A DNA stretch of 64,000 nucleotides from Candidatus Woesearchaeota archaeon (GCA_037445145.1 JBBILB010000001.1:36637-100636), one strand, 5' to 3'; counted from the first letter of the stretch, positions 50,729-60,658 are shown. Numbers and translations are program-made. The notes: a model not told the origin generated them from the letters alone.

Positions 50729-51675
50729 TGTTATCACGAGACTGGTTCGCATCCCGAAACTAGTTCATTCCATACTTCTGATGGAGTACGATAGCCGAGG
50801 CTCATATGGAGCCTCTTCTTATTGTAGTGCGTAATGTAGTGTTTGAGGCTGCTGAAGCTTCCTGTGGTGTATTCTGTCTTGTAGGTCTCAAACCAGCGTT
50901 CTACCTTATCATTGGTTGCGGGCGTTTGATGCGGGCAATGTAGTACTTGATGCCCATTGCATCAAGCGCTATTTGGTATGCGTTCAGTTGGAGGATTCCT
51001 TTGTTATCAGGGGTGTTATTGTAGTAGCTGCTGCCATAGTCTGTCAACGCTTTTGGGCTTGCAGTATTCGGCAATCCCTGCCTTAAGCAAGGCAAGGCTG
51101 TTTTCTGTGGTTGTTTTCGGGAACACACCGCAACTTGTTATACGGCGTGTTCTGTCGTCGATGTATACGCTGATGTTTTTGCTTGAGAACGGGTCGTAGC
51201 TCCAGTCGGTATGTGCCATAAGTCGTTTGGGTTTGGAAGTTCGTACCGAACCCACTTACGTGGCTTTTGCTTCTTTATATTCGGAAGTTGAAGGTTGTTT
51301 CTGACGAGCAACTTCTCAATCTGCCTGTGGCTTATTGAGAAGCTGCGCTTGCGGAGAATCTGGTCGATATGGTATGCACCGTATCCAAAACGTTTTCTTA
51401 AATCGAAAATAGCTATTTCTGCATTTGGATTCAGAACGACTTCAGGTCGTCCTGTTTTGTGATCCTTAAGTCCCTCGAATCCAAATGCGTGATAGATGCG
51501 CACGAGCTTTTGTACAGCTCTGGGCGTCACTTTTTGGCTTAATGCAATTTTTGCCGTAGAAGCACCGTTCAGGTATTGCTTCAATATCCAGACTCTTTTC
51601 TCAAACGTTAGTTTGTACATAAGACCACACCTAGGGTGGTCTCACCTACGAATTAATAACGTGATAGCACACATT
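50729..51675 (-). mobile_element. IS481-like insertion sequence (~950 bp) flanked by 13-bp direct repeats TTATATCGAGAAT
   Basis: Direct repeats at 50716-50728 and 51676-51688. Imperfect terminal inverted repeats TCTGTTATCACGAG / (rc) TGTGCTATCACGTT. Internal transposase fragments. Confidence 0.6.
50760..51620 (-). pseudogene. DDE (rve-type) transposase broken by at least three frameshifts
   Basis: HTH N-terminus (51620-51138), a core fragment HTDWSYD...ISVYIDDRTRRI (51255-51016), and a C-terminal TNDKVERWFETYK...LGYRTPSEVW in a third frame down to 50760. Confidence 0.55.
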
Positions 51676-52718
51676 TATATCGAGAATACCAGGATTTTCC
51701 ACTCTTCCTTTCCCTGCCTGATTGTCCTTTCGTGCTCTAGAATAAATCCTTTTGCGGCTTCCTTGTATTCCTCTGCGCCCTGCCTTAAGACAAGACTGAT
51801 TTTGCCGTTTTTCTTCAAAATTGCCTTGGCTCTCTCAAAGAAAAGTGAGGCCTGCTTCCTGAATTTCTCTAAAGGAAATGTTTTTGCCAATTCAACCGGC
51901 TGTGTCACAATGCAGTCAACAGATTCTTTTTCAAACTTTATGTCAAGCCAGTCTACAGAAGTCCTTGAGAAATCAATTGCTTTCACAACACCTGCTATTT
52001 TTGCGTTCTTTCTTGCTGCCTGCACTGACGGGAACTGGTCTGAAATTGCAATAATCCACCCTGCCTTGTCTTTAATTGCCGAGTCCTGTTCCTTGTAAAA
52101 CTTGTCAAAATCGAAGTCTTTGAATACTTTTGCAAGGGGCATTTTGTCTTTTGAATAATACCGCACTGGCATGCCTAATGCGTGCAGTGCTGCTTCTATG
52201 ACTATGCTTCCTGCCCTGCAGTTTGGGTCAAGGAGTGTTTTTTTGCCGTCGTATCCTGCAAGCTTCAGGGCTGCGAATGAGGTAATCCCTGTGATTGTTT
52301 CCCTGCCTACAAAAATCCTGTAGTCGCGCTTTGAAATGTCTCCTGTAAGGTCTATGCCAAGCCAGCAATAATCATCCTCAAAGTGCAAATAAAACGGAAT
52401 GTCTGCGTTCTTGTATACCTTGTTTGCCTTTATTTGCTCAGAAAGTTCGTTGGCTTTTGTTGTTGTCTTGCCATTGATTGATATTGTGCCTTTCAAATAC
52501 TGCGCGGGTATGCTTAGCTCGTTAATCTTGCCCTCGCTAACAATTAGAATCACCCTGCAAGCTGTTTGTGCGCGGTAACAAACGGCAAAAATTTTCTCAA
52601 GTTCTGCTTCAAAAATAACCCCTTCTGCTGTTTGTTTTCCTGTTATGCCTGTTAGTTCCTTTATTTCTTCAGAACAAAGGTCAGAAAGCCCTGGTAAAGT
52701 AATAGCGAGCGCATTCAT
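51675..52718 (-). CDS. THUMP-domain class I SAM-dependent RNA methyltransferase (Trm14/RlmL-like)
   Basis: N-terminal THUMP-like domain and C-terminal MTase with [16 protein letters not shown]. Confidence 0.6.
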   Translation of the reverse strand: MNALAITLPGLSDLCSEEIKELTGITGKQTAEGVIFEAELEKIFAVCYRAQTACRVILIVSEGKINELSIPAQYLKGTISINGKTTTKANELSEQIKANKVYKNADIPFYLHFEDDYCWLGIDLTGDISKRDYRIFVGRETITGITSFAALKLAGYDGKKTLLDPNCRAGSIVIEAALHALGMPVRYYSKDKMPLAKVFKDFDFDKFYKEQDSAIKDKAGWIIAISDQFPSVQAARKNAKIAGVVKAIDFSRTSVDWLDIKFEKESVDCIVTQPVELAKTFPLEKFRKQASLFFERAKAILKKNGKISLVLRQGAEEYKEAAKGFILEHERTIRQGKEEWKILVFSI

Positions 52719-55180
52719 TGTGCTCCATTGCCGTTTTCTTTTTCCTGCACGACTGCAACGCTCGTGACCTTGTCTCCTTCTGCAAGCTTGATTATCCTGA
52801 CTCCCTGCGTGTTCCTTCCGATTACAGAAATCTGGTTTGCTGGCACACGTATTGCTATTCCGCTTTGCGTTATCAAAAGCAGCTGGTCATCGTCTTTCAC
52901 TGTCTTTATTGCAACCGCCTTGCCGTTCTTGTCTGTAACCTTGATGTTTATGACTCCAACCCCGCCGCGCCTTATTGTGCTGTATTCCTCAAATGCGCTC
53001 CTTTTTCCGTAACCGAGCTCTGTGACAGTCAGCAAGGTCTTTTCCTTTTGCGCAAGCACTGCCCCAATGACTTCGTCTTTCTCCCGCAACCTTATTCCAA
53101 TGACTCCTTGCGCAGTGCGTCCCATTGGCCTTACGTCTGCTTCGTTGAACCTTATTGCGTTTCCGTTCCTTGTTGCGATAATGATGTCCTGCTTTCCGTC
53201 TGTGAGCTCAACTGCCATTAATTCATCACCTTCTGTGAGGGTGACTGCGATTATTCCCCCCTTGCGCGGGTTTGAGAATTCTGAAAGGGGTGTTTTCTTT
53301 ACTGTTCCCCGTTTTGTCACGAGGAAAAGGAATTTGTCTTCTAAGAATTTTTTTACAGGCACGCAGGTTGCGACTTTTTCGCCCTGCGCAAGCTCGAGCA
53401 GGTTGACTATTGCTGTTCCTTTTGCATACCTTCCTGCTTCTGGAATCTGGTAGACCTTGAGCCAGTGCACCTTGCCAAGGTTTGTGAACAAGAGCAGATA
53501 ATCGTGGGTGTTTGCTATGAAAAGGTCCTCTACAAAATCCTCTTCTTTTGTTTCTGCTGCAATGACTCCTTTTCCACCCCTTCTTTGCGCCTGGTAAGTA
53601 TCAACAGGCAATCTTTTGACATATCCGGCGTGAGTGAGCGTGACAACCATGTCTTCCGGCTTTACCAGGTGCTCTTCCTCGATGGCGGCTGCTTCTGTCT
53701 GTATGACTTGTGTCCTTCTGTTGTCGCCGTAGTTCTTTGCAAGCTCAAGCATTTCGTTCTTGATTATGTTCAGAATCTTCTGCGGGTCTGTAAGTATGCC
53801 TTTCAGTTCAGCAATCAGCTTCAGCAGTCCTGCGTGCTCTTCTTTTATCTTGTTCTGCTCAAGGGAGGTGAGCCTTGACAATTTCATTTCAAGTATTGCC
53901 TGCGCCTGTTTTTCAGAAAGCTTGTAATCAGCCATCAGTCCTGTCTTTGCTGCAACAGCATCCTTGCTCTTTTTCAAAAAAGTGATTATTGGGTCAATGT
54001 TGTTCAGGGCAACTATCAATCCTTCGAGAATGTGCGCCTTGTCCTCTGCTTCTTTGAGCTCAAATGCTGTCCTTCTGCGCACAACTTCCTGCCTGTGCAG
54101 CACGAATTTCTCAATAAGAGTCTTAAGGGGCATTATTTGGGGCTCGTTTTCGTCAAGTGCGAGCATTATGATTCCGAAAGTTACCTGCAAACGGGAGTGC
54201 TGGAATAACTGGTTCAGGACGATGTCAGAATTTGCTCCTGTCTTCAATTCTATGACTATGCGCATTCCTTCCCTGTCTGATTCGTCCCTTAAATCTGAAA
54301 TGCCCTGTATTTTCTTGTCTTTCACGAGTTCTGCGATTTCTTCTATGAGCTGTGCCTTGTTTACCTGGTATGGTATTTCTGTGACGATGATGCGCTGCCT
54401 TTGCCTGTAGTCTTCGATGCTTGTCCTTGCCCGTACTGTTATTTTTCCCCTTCCTGTCGTGTATGCCTCTTTTATGCCTGAGGTCCCCATTATGATTCCG
54501 CCTGTTGGAAAGTCAGGGGCTGGAATGTTAATCATCAGGTCCTCCACAGTGCAGGTTGGGTGGTCAATAAAGTGCGCTACTGCTCCGCAAACCTCTTTCA
54601 AATTGTGAGGGGGAATGTTTGTTGCCATTCCGACTGCAATTCCTGCTGAGCCGTTAATGAGCAAATTTGGAACCTTGCTCGGCAGTACAGAAGGCTCTTT
54701 CAGCGAGCCGTCATAGTTTGGCACAAAATCAACAGTTTCCTTGTCAATGTCCTGCAGTATTTCCTCTGCAATCTTCTTCAGGCGGGCTTCGGTATAACGC
54801 ATTGCCGCAGCGTTATCGCCGTCAATGCTTCCGAAATTTCCCTGTCCGTCAACAAGCACGTACCTGAGCGAAAAATCCTGTGCCATCCTTACGAGCGTGT
54901 CATAGATCGCTGCGTCTCCGTGCGGGTGGTATTTGCCCATCACGTCTCCAACAATGCGCGCGCACTTCTTGAACGGCTTGTTGTGGAGCATTCCCATTTC
55001 ATACATTCCGTAAAGGACGCGCCTGTGAACCGGCTTAAGGCCGTCGCGAACATCTGGCAAAGCTCTTCCAACTATAACAGACATGGAATAATCTAGGTAA
55101 GACTTCTTCATCTCATCTTCAATCACCCTTACAACAATCCTGTTTGCGGGTGTCTTGACCGGCTCACTAGCTTCTGCCAT
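52715..55180 (-). CDS. gyrA: DNA gyrase subunit A
   Basis: 821 aa with the GyrA N-terminal breakage-reunion domain (catalytic Tyr region [10 protein letters not shown]) and C-terminal beta-pinwheel repeats. Confidence 0.9.
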   Translation of the reverse strand: MAEASEPVKTPANRIVVRVIEDEMKKSYLDYSMSVIVGRALPDVRDGLKPVHRRVLYGMYEMGMLHNKPFKKCARIVGDVMGKYHPHGDAAIYDTLVRMAQDFSLRYVLVDGQGNFGSIDGDNAAAMRYTEARLKKIAEEILQDIDKETVDFVPNYDGSLKEPSVLPSKVPNLLINGSAGIAVGMATNIPPHNLKEVCGAVAHFIDHPTCTVEDLMINIPAPDFPTGGIIMGTSGIKEAYTTGRGKITVRARTSIEDYRQRQRIIVTEIPYQVNKAQLIEEIAELVKDKKIQGISDLRDESDREGMRIVIELKTGANSDIVLNQLFQHSRLQVTFGIIMLALDENEPQIMPLKTLIEKFVLHRQEVVRRRTAFELKEAEDKAHILEGLIVALNNIDPIITFLKKSKDAVAAKTGLMADYKLSEKQAQAILEMKLSRLTSLEQNKIKEEHAGLLKLIAELKGILTDPQKILNIIKNEMLELAKNYGDNRRTQVIQTEAAAIEEEHLVKPEDMVVTLTHAGYVKRLPVDTYQAQRRGGKGVIAAETKEEDFVEDLFIANTHDYLLLFTNLGKVHWLKVYQIPEAGRYAKGTAIVNLLELAQGEKVATCVPVKKFLEDKFLFLVTKRGTVKKTPLSEFSNPRKGGIIAVTLTEGDELMAVELTDGKQDIIIATRNGNAIRFNEADVRPMGRTAQGVIGIRLREKDEVIGAVLAQKEKTLLTVTELGYGKRSAFEEYSTIRRGGVGVINIKVTDKNGKAVAIKTVKDDDQLLLITQSGIAIRVPANQISVIGRNTQGVRIIKLAEGDKVTSVAVVQEKENGNGAQ

Positions 55181-55313
55181 AATTGTTCGTCGAGAAACTC
55201 CCCTTTTCTCGTCGATAAAACAGAATTGAACGCCCTTTATAAGCCTTTCTTTTCTGAAACCTGCTTATAGCCAGTATAAACTTTGTTTTTGCCGGTTTTG
55301 GCTCGACGAGGAA

Positions 55314-55463
55314 TCAGAACAACTGTTTAACTATGCTGTTTTTCACACGGAAATTCTTGCCGCAATAAACGCACTTCTTGATTTTATTCGCAAGTATGCT
55401 GTCTCGCGCCTCGTATTTCATGTGGTGTCCGCACTTTGGGCATTTAAGTTCAAAGCGTAGCAT
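55314..55463 (-). CDS. Small zinc-ribbon protein (49 aa; CPKCG...CVYCG)
   Basis: The internal Met start abuts the scpB stop; the upstream part of the track ORF overlaps scpB. Confidence 0.35.
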   Translation of the reverse strand: MLRFELKCPKCGHHMKYEARDSILANKIKKCVYCGKNFRVKNSIVKQLF

Positions 55464-55464
55464 T

Positions 55465-56670
55465 CTAGTGGTGTTTCTTGTGTTTTCTTGGTCCTTCTTC
55501 TGGTGATGGGGCAGGATGTTCTTCTTCAACAGGTTCTTTCTCAGCAGACTCTTCGTCATCTGCCGCTGTTTCTTCTTCTGCAACTTCCTCAACAGGTTCT
55601 TTTTCAGCAGGCTCTTCCTCAGCAGCTTCTTCTGGCGGTGCAGGGATTATTTCAGGGGGTTCTGGAAGTTCGCCTTCTTCTGGTTCTGGCTTTTCCCCTT
55701 CAACTATTTCTGCAACCCTGTGCTCTATTTTTTCCTCAACCTCTGGTGGAACCCCTTTTGGGAAAAGCCCTGTTGGCGTGTATTCTGTCTTGTGCGGCTT
55801 TTCTTTTGCTGCCTCTTTCTTTATTTTTTCAACAGTAAGTCTTCCTTCTTCCTCTATTTCCTCTTCTTCCTTTGGCGTTGGCTCAATTCCTGCTTCAGAA
55901 AGCATCCTCTCAGCCAAAGCCTCTGCTGTTTCTTCCTGTGTTTTGGGCTTTTCCTCTGCAGCATGCTTTTTGTGCTTGTGTTTTTTTGCTGGCTTTGGAG
56001 CCTCGCCATATGTTTCTAATTCACCAACTTTTGCCCCGACAACCTCTATTTCAGGCGCTAATTTTGGCAGTTCGTCTGTGAAAGGCTCAACAACAGGCTT
56101 GTTTTCTTTAGCAGCCTCAACTATTGCTTTTTGCGCCTGTTCTGCTGCTTTTTCCTTTTCCTCTATTGCCTTCTCAAGCGCTGCGACATTGCGGAATTTC
56201 TCCTTGAGCTTGTCCGGCGGAACATCAAAGTAGTCAAAGAATTTTGGCGTCAGCTTTATGAGCTTGCTTCTTCCTTTTTTCTCGCGGGTAATGTAGCCCA
56301 TTTTCTCAATTTCGTCAAGATGCCTATATGCCTTGTTTGTCCTTATCTTTATCACCTGACTTTGCATCACCGGCGCCTTGTAAGCCACAACAGCAAGTGT
56401 TTCCATCATGCTCTTGGGCAGTTCGGGTGTTGTCACGACTTTCTTGACCATTTGTATGTATTTTTCACGGACCGTGAGCTTGTACGCGCCCCCTTCCTCG
56501 ACAAGCATAAGCGAGCTTTGCTTTTCATCAAGCTCCTGCCTGAGAATATTCAGTGCTGCCCTTATTGCGTCAAGGTTTTCCTCTTTGCACAGCCTTCCGA
56601 GCTCTTCAACAGTCATTCTCTTGCCTGCTGAGAAGAGCAGTGACTCGATCTGATTCTTGAGATCACTCAT
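55465..56670 (-). CDS. scpB: ScpB-like segregation/condensation protein with a ~200-aa acidic Pro/Glu/Lys-rich C-terminal tail
   Basis: N-terminal tandem winged-helix region matches ScpB (IESLLFSAGKRMTVEEL...LAVVAYKAPVMQSQV), followed by a low-complexity EEK/PEP tail. Confidence 0.65.
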   Translation of the reverse strand: MSDLKNQIESLLFSAGKRMTVEELGRLCKEENLDAIRAALNILRQELDEKQSSLMLVEEGGAYKLTVREKYIQMVKKVVTTPELPKSMMETLAVVAYKAPVMQSQVIKIRTNKAYRHLDEIEKMGYITREKKGRSKLIKLTPKFFDYFDVPPDKLKEKFRNVAALEKAIEEKEKAAEQAQKAIVEAAKENKPVVEPFTDELPKLAPEIEVVGAKVGELETYGEAPKPAKKHKHKKHAAEEKPKTQEETAEALAERMLSEAGIEPTPKEEEEIEEEGRLTVEKIKKEAAKEKPHKTEYTPTGLFPKGVPPEVEEKIEHRVAEIVEGEKPEPEEGELPEPPEIIPAPPEEAAEEEPAEKEPVEEVAEEETAADDEESAEKEPVEEEHPAPSPEEGPRKHKKHH

Positions 56671-57233
56671 GGTATTGAGTATTTTTCGCCTTCTTTTTTC
56701 AGCTTTTTGTCCTCGACAAGTTTGTCAAGGAATGCCTGCAGTTTTGTCGGATGGACTCCGACATAGTGCGATATTTCGCTTGCGGTATTATGCCCATGCT
56801 CGACCATTGCAACAATGAATCTCCTGAAAATGTTTGTTGCGTTCATGTCAAGTATTTGCTGCTTCATTTTTCCTGTCTTGACAATAGCGTCTGCCTCGTG
56901 CAGTCTTGCCTGCAAATCATTCAAAAACCCGTTCAGCTTGCTCAGGGGTATTGACAGTTCGCCGGGCTCAATCACCTCGACAGAGCTTGGCATGCTTTCA
57001 AAGCAGAAGTCAAGCAGGTCAGAAAGGTCGTCAAAGCGTATCTCGAGCTCGGAATAAATAGTGAAAATGTTTTCCTTTGGCTCTGCTTCTGCAATCTCTG
57101 ACTTCAGGACTTTTTGTTCTTTTTTGAGTTTTTCAATGTAGCCTCTCATCGTTTTCTCGATGTGCTCTTTTGGAGCGCCGAGCATTTCGATGATTACGCG
57201 TGCCAGAACAGGCTTGTCTGCCATGCCAGGCAT
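56667..57233 (-). CDS. ScpB-operon partner with C-terminal winged-helix-like domain (possible divergent kleisin/ScpA analog)
   Basis: Translationally coupled to scpB (ATGA overlap). No canonical ScpA N-terminal motif. Confidence 0.35.
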   Translation of the reverse strand: MPGMADKPVLARVIIEMLGAPKEHIEKTMRGYIEKLKKEQKVLKSEIAEAEPKENIFTIYSELEIRFDDLSDLLDFCFESMPSSVEVIEPGELSIPLSKLNGFLNDLQARLHEADAIVKTGKMKQQILDMNATNIFRRFIVAMVEHGHNTASEISHYVGVHPTKLQAFLDKLVEDKKLKKEGEKYSIP

Positions 57234-57332
57234 TCCACTTTGAAGGCTATTTATAAGTTTTGCTCACGCAAAGGCAGGACAAACACTCACAAAGGCGGTT
57301 TTGTCACCATTCTTGGATACTCATAAAAGTTT

Positions 57333-57926
57333 ATGAAGCAAAAGAATGCGCATCACTATTCGGGTGTGGAAACAATGTTCGGATTTTTGAAGAAAAAGAA
57401 AGAGCTGTCTATTCCTGAACTTCCACCGCCTCCATCTCCTCCTGCGTTTCCAATGCCAGAGGGAGACATTCCTGCAATAAGGCCTGCAGAAGGTCCTGAA
57501 GAATTGCCAGAGCTTCCTCCTGCAGAGCCCTACAAGCAAGAGGAAAAGCCGGCAGAGCTTCCTGAAGCGCCAATGCCTGAGCTTCCTGAGGCGCCTGCAG
57601 GTCCTGAAATTCCTGAGGCCTCACCTGAAGAGCCTGTTCCTGAGACCGTTGAAGCTCCTGAACCTGCTGAAAAGGCAGTTGAAATGCCTGAAACAGTGCG
57701 CAGGCCAGTAGGTCCTGCTTTTGTTGCTGTTGACGAATATAGGGCAATAATTGAGCATTCCAACAGGGTGCGTACAAAGCTTGATGAAGCAGGGGAATTT
57801 GTGCGCCGCCTTTCCGAAATTAAGTCAGAGGAGGAAAAGACGTTTGAAAAGTGGCGCTCCCAGCTTGAGGAGATTGAGCGCAGGCTCGGACAGATTGACA
57901 GGTTCATTGCAAAAGCAAAAGGGTGA
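57333..57926 (+). CDS. Coiled-coil protein with N-terminal PE-rich repeat region (PELPEAP-like); paralog 1 of a tandem triplet
   Basis: C-terminal 65 aa AFVAVDEYRAIIEH...LEEIERRLGQI align with the next two ORFs. Confidence 0.45.
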   Translation: MKQKNAHHYSGVETMFGFLKKKKELSIPELPPPPSPPAFPMPEGDIPAIRPAEGPEELPELPPAEPYKQEEKPAELPEAPMPELPEAPAGPEIPEASPEEPVPETVEAPEPAEKAVEMPETVRRPVGPAFVAVDEYRAIIEHSNRVRTKLDEAGEFVRRLSEIKSEEEKTFEKWRSQLEEIERRLGQIDRFIAKAKG

Positions 57927-57932
57927 AAAAAA

Positions 57933-58163
57933 ATGGATGATTCACGCGCACAGGTATTTGTCAAGGTAGAGGAGTACAAGGCAATCCTGGAGTTGCTTAA
58001 CAAGATAAGGGAGCGACTTAATCAAGCGCGAGCGCTTCTTGCAAGGGTCAACGAGCTTAAGCAACAGGAAGACCAGCAGATAGAGAGCTGGGCAAAGGAC
58101 ATTGACGATATTGAGGAAAGGCTGACTTCGATAAGCCAGTCTTTTAGCGAGCCACAGGTATGA
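57933..58163 (+). CDS. Small coiled-coil protein, paralog 2 (76 aa)
   Basis: VFVKVEEYKAILEL...IDDIEERLTSI. Confidence 0.45.
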   Translation: MDDSRAQVFVKVEEYKAILELLNKIRERLNQARALLARVNELKQQEDQQIESWAKDIDDIEERLTSISQSFSEPQV

Positions 58164-58534
58164 GAAAGAAAGACGAAAGCTTGCTTTTTGTTGCAATCAG
58201 GGAGCCTTCTTCTACCCGGAGGGATGTCCTCATGGCAACAAAGGACGTTCTTGACGTCCTTAAGAGGTACGAGACGTACAGGGCACTTTCTGCTGAAAAG
58301 CAGAAAGTCCTTGCAGAGCTTAACCAAGTGGCAGGCAGTTTGAGGTCGCTTAACAACCGGCTCAGAGCGAGGATGCCAAAGGCCCCAATATCTATGCAAG
58401 CTGAAGTGGCGCGGGAAAAAGAGGATGAATTCATCACGGGCACTGCGCCTGGAACGGCGCGGCCCAAATCAAAATTAGACATTCTCCAAGAAGAATTAGA
58501 GAAGATTGAGAGCAGGTTGGGCGCTTTGGAGTAA
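58160..58534 (+). CDS. Small coiled-coil protein, paralog 3 (124 aa)
   Basis: LLFVAIREP...LDILQEELEKIESRLGALE. Overlaps paralog 2 by 4 nt. Confidence 0.45.
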   Translation: MRKKDESLLFVAIREPSSTRRDVLMATKDVLDVLKRYETYRALSAEKQKVLAELNQVAGSLRSLNNRLRARMPKAPISMQAEVAREKEDEFITGTAPGTARPKSKLDILQEELEKIESRLGALE

Positions 58535-58571
58535 AGGTTTTTAAAGGGAATTAGGGTCTATTTCTGTATAC

Positions 58572-58654
58572 GCGCCGGTGCCGGAGCGGAAAACGGGACA
58601 GCCTCAAGAGCTGTTGGCTTAGTGCCTACGCAGGTTCAAATCCTGTCCGGCGCA
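58572..58654 (+). tRNA. tRNA-Leu (anticodon CAA), long variable arm
   Basis: Acceptor GCGCCGG/CCGGCGC, anticodon loop CTCAAGA, T-loop GTTCAAATC. Confidence 0.7.
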
Positions 58655-58668
58655 TCGAACGAAGTGAG

Positions 58669-59103
58669 GTGAGGCGGACAGGTCCGCTGACCGCAGTCAG
58701 CCGCTACCTGTTCGGCGCATTGGATGTCATAATTAAGAAGTCTAAGATACACGGAAAAGGGGTGTTTGCCAACAGGGACTTCAGGAAAGGGGAAACTGTC
58801 ATTAAATGGGATCTTTCTACGATATTAACTAAAGAAGAGGTGGATAAGCTTCCAAAGAAGGAAAAAAGATATGTTTCCATCCTCAAAGACGACAGGTATG
58901 TTCTTCACCAGACTCCGGCAAGATATGTCAACCATTCCTGCGATCCGAACACTTATACAAAAAACAATAAGGATGTTGCAAGCAGGGACATTAGTAAAGG
59001 CGAGGAAATAACAACAGATTATTCTTTGGAAGTGCCTGGGCTTTATATGAAATGCAATTGTGGCACTAAAAAATGCAGGGGTATTGTCAAAAGCAGAATT
59101 TGA
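58669..59103 (+). CDS. SET-domain protein-lysine methyltransferase with post-SET cysteines
   Basis: GKGVFA, NHSCDPN, and C-terminal CNCGTKKCRG. The true start may be the TTG at 58720. Confidence 0.7.
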   Translation: MRRTGPLTAVSRYLFGALDVIIKKSKIHGKGVFANRDFRKGETVIKWDLSTILTKEEVDKLPKKEKRYVSILKDDRYVLHQTPARYVNHSCDPNTYTKNNKDVASRDISKGEEITTDYSLEVPGLYMKCNCGTKKCRGIVKSRI

Positions 59104-59264
59104 TGCAAAAACCCCTTTCTACCCTTCAAATGCCTTTCGTTCCCAATGGTCTCAGGCAAATGTTTTTATAGTCGGCAAGTCCTGCGTGTTCCCAGTCCCT
59201 GCTTGGGAATAACTTGGGACTGGCCCCAAAAAACGGGTTAACGTAATAACGAGGCAACGATTTT

Positions 59265-60602
59265 ATGGGCGTTGAAGTGTTTGCAGTCGGCGGTTATGGC
59301 GAGGTTGGCAGGAACATGACTGCCATAAGGATTGACGACCAGGTTGTCATTCTTGACATGGGCCTGCACATGCCCAATTACATCAAGCTTACAGAGGAGG
59401 AAATTGGCGAAATAGTGAGCATTAATGAGTCTGCGCTGAAGAGGATTGATGCAGTCCCCCAGGACGGCGCAATTAAGGACTGGCGGGCGAATGTCGTTGC
59501 CATTGTGCTTTCGCACGCGCACCTTGACCATATCGGCGCAGTGCCTTTTCTTGCATCAAAATATGATGCGCCAATAATCTGCACGCCTTTCACTGCAGAA
59601 GTGCTTAAGAGCATTTGCAGGGATGAGCACATAAGGCTGCCAAACAAGATTATGCAGTTGTTCCCGAACCAGAAGACATCAATTGGTGACGACCTTGTTT
59701 TGGAGTTTTGCGCAATCACTCACTCAACGCCGCAGGACGTTCTTATCACTTTGCACACAAAGTATGGCACGATTGTTTACGGCAATGACTACAAGCTTGA
59801 CGACCATCCTGGCATTGGGAAAAAGCCTGATTATGACCATTTCAAGAAGCTTGGCGAAAAAGGGGTGCTCTTGCTCATCCAGGACTGCCTTTATGCCCCT
59901 GAGGCAAGAAAGACCCCTTCAGAGGCTGTTGCAAAGGACATGCTTGATGATGTTTTGCTGGGCGTTGACAGCAGAGGAAAGGCTGTTATTGTCACGACAT
60001 TCGCGAGCCATATTGCCCGGCTGAAGGCGATTGCTGACTATGGCAAGAAAATGGGCAGGAAGGTTGTTTTTATGGGCCGCTCAATAGCAAAGTATTGCTG
60101 GGCTGCGGAGGCCGCAGGAATAACAAGGTTTGAGGGTGTTGAAATCCTGAAATTCAGGCGACAGATTGAGAAAAAGCTTAAGGAAATCCAGGCAAGGGGA
60201 AAGGAAAAATTCCTGATGGTAATGTCTGGGCATCAGGGAGAGCCCAAGTCAGCATTGGCAAGGATTATCCGCGGAGAGCTTCATTTCAAGTTCAGCGCGG
60301 GCGATCACGTCATCTTCTCTTGCATAGTTATTCCTGCAGAAATTAACAGGAAAAACAGGGCTGAAATGGACGAACAGCTGAGGCGCCTTGGTGTCAGGAT
60401 ATTCGCTGACATTCACGTTTCAGGCCATTCGAGCAGGGAAGACCTTAGGGACATCATTATGATGCTGAAGCCAGAGCACCTAATTCCGACGCACGGCGAG
60501 CCTCACAGGATTGACTCATTTATTGCCCTGGCAGAGGAAATGGGCTACAAGCGCGACAAAGTGCACGGCATAATCACAGGGCAGAAAATACAAATAGTCT
60601 GA
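59265..60602 (+). CDS. rnj: Archaeal RNase J (beta-CASP metallo-beta-lactamase ribonuclease)
   Basis: HAHLDH motif plus beta-CASP motifs. 445 aa. Confidence 0.8.
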   Translation: MGVEVFAVGGYGEVGRNMTAIRIDDQVVILDMGLHMPNYIKLTEEEIGEIVSINESALKRIDAVPQDGAIKDWRANVVAIVLSHAHLDHIGAVPFLASKYDAPIICTPFTAEVLKSICRDEHIRLPNKIMQLFPNQKTSIGDDLVLEFCAITHSTPQDVLITLHTKYGTIVYGNDYKLDDHPGIGKKPDYDHFKKLGEKGVLLLIQDCLYAPEARKTPSEAVAKDMLDDVLLGVDSRGKAVIVTTFASHIARLKAIADYGKKMGRKVVFMGRSIAKYCWAAEAAGITRFEGVEILKFRRQIEKKLKEIQARGKEKFLMVMSGHQGEPKSALARIIRGELHFKFSAGDHVIFSCIVIPAEINRKNRAEMDEQLRRLGVRIFADIHVSGHSSREDLRDIIMMLKPEHLIPTHGEPHRIDSFIALAEEMGYKRDKVHGIITGQKIQIV

Positions 60603-60658
60603 AACAATAAACTTTATATATGTTTAACCATTCTGCAGGAGTTAAGGGGGAGAGCAAT

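Noticed and set aside
50189-50794. Plus-strand ORFs of 201 and 138 aa
   Set aside because: They lie entirely over the minus-strand RNase P RNA, and their composition is Pro/Arg/Ser-rich junk.
55478-56233. Several plus-strand ORFs (251, 116, 167 aa) of S/F/L repeats
   Set aside because: They are alternative-frame or antisense readings of the low-complexity acidic tail region of scpB.
56667-57233. Calling the 188-aa protein ScpA outright
   Set aside because: It lacks recognisable kleisin N-terminal motifs. Only the operon context and a C-terminal winged-helix-like segment support it, so I left it as a tentative partner.
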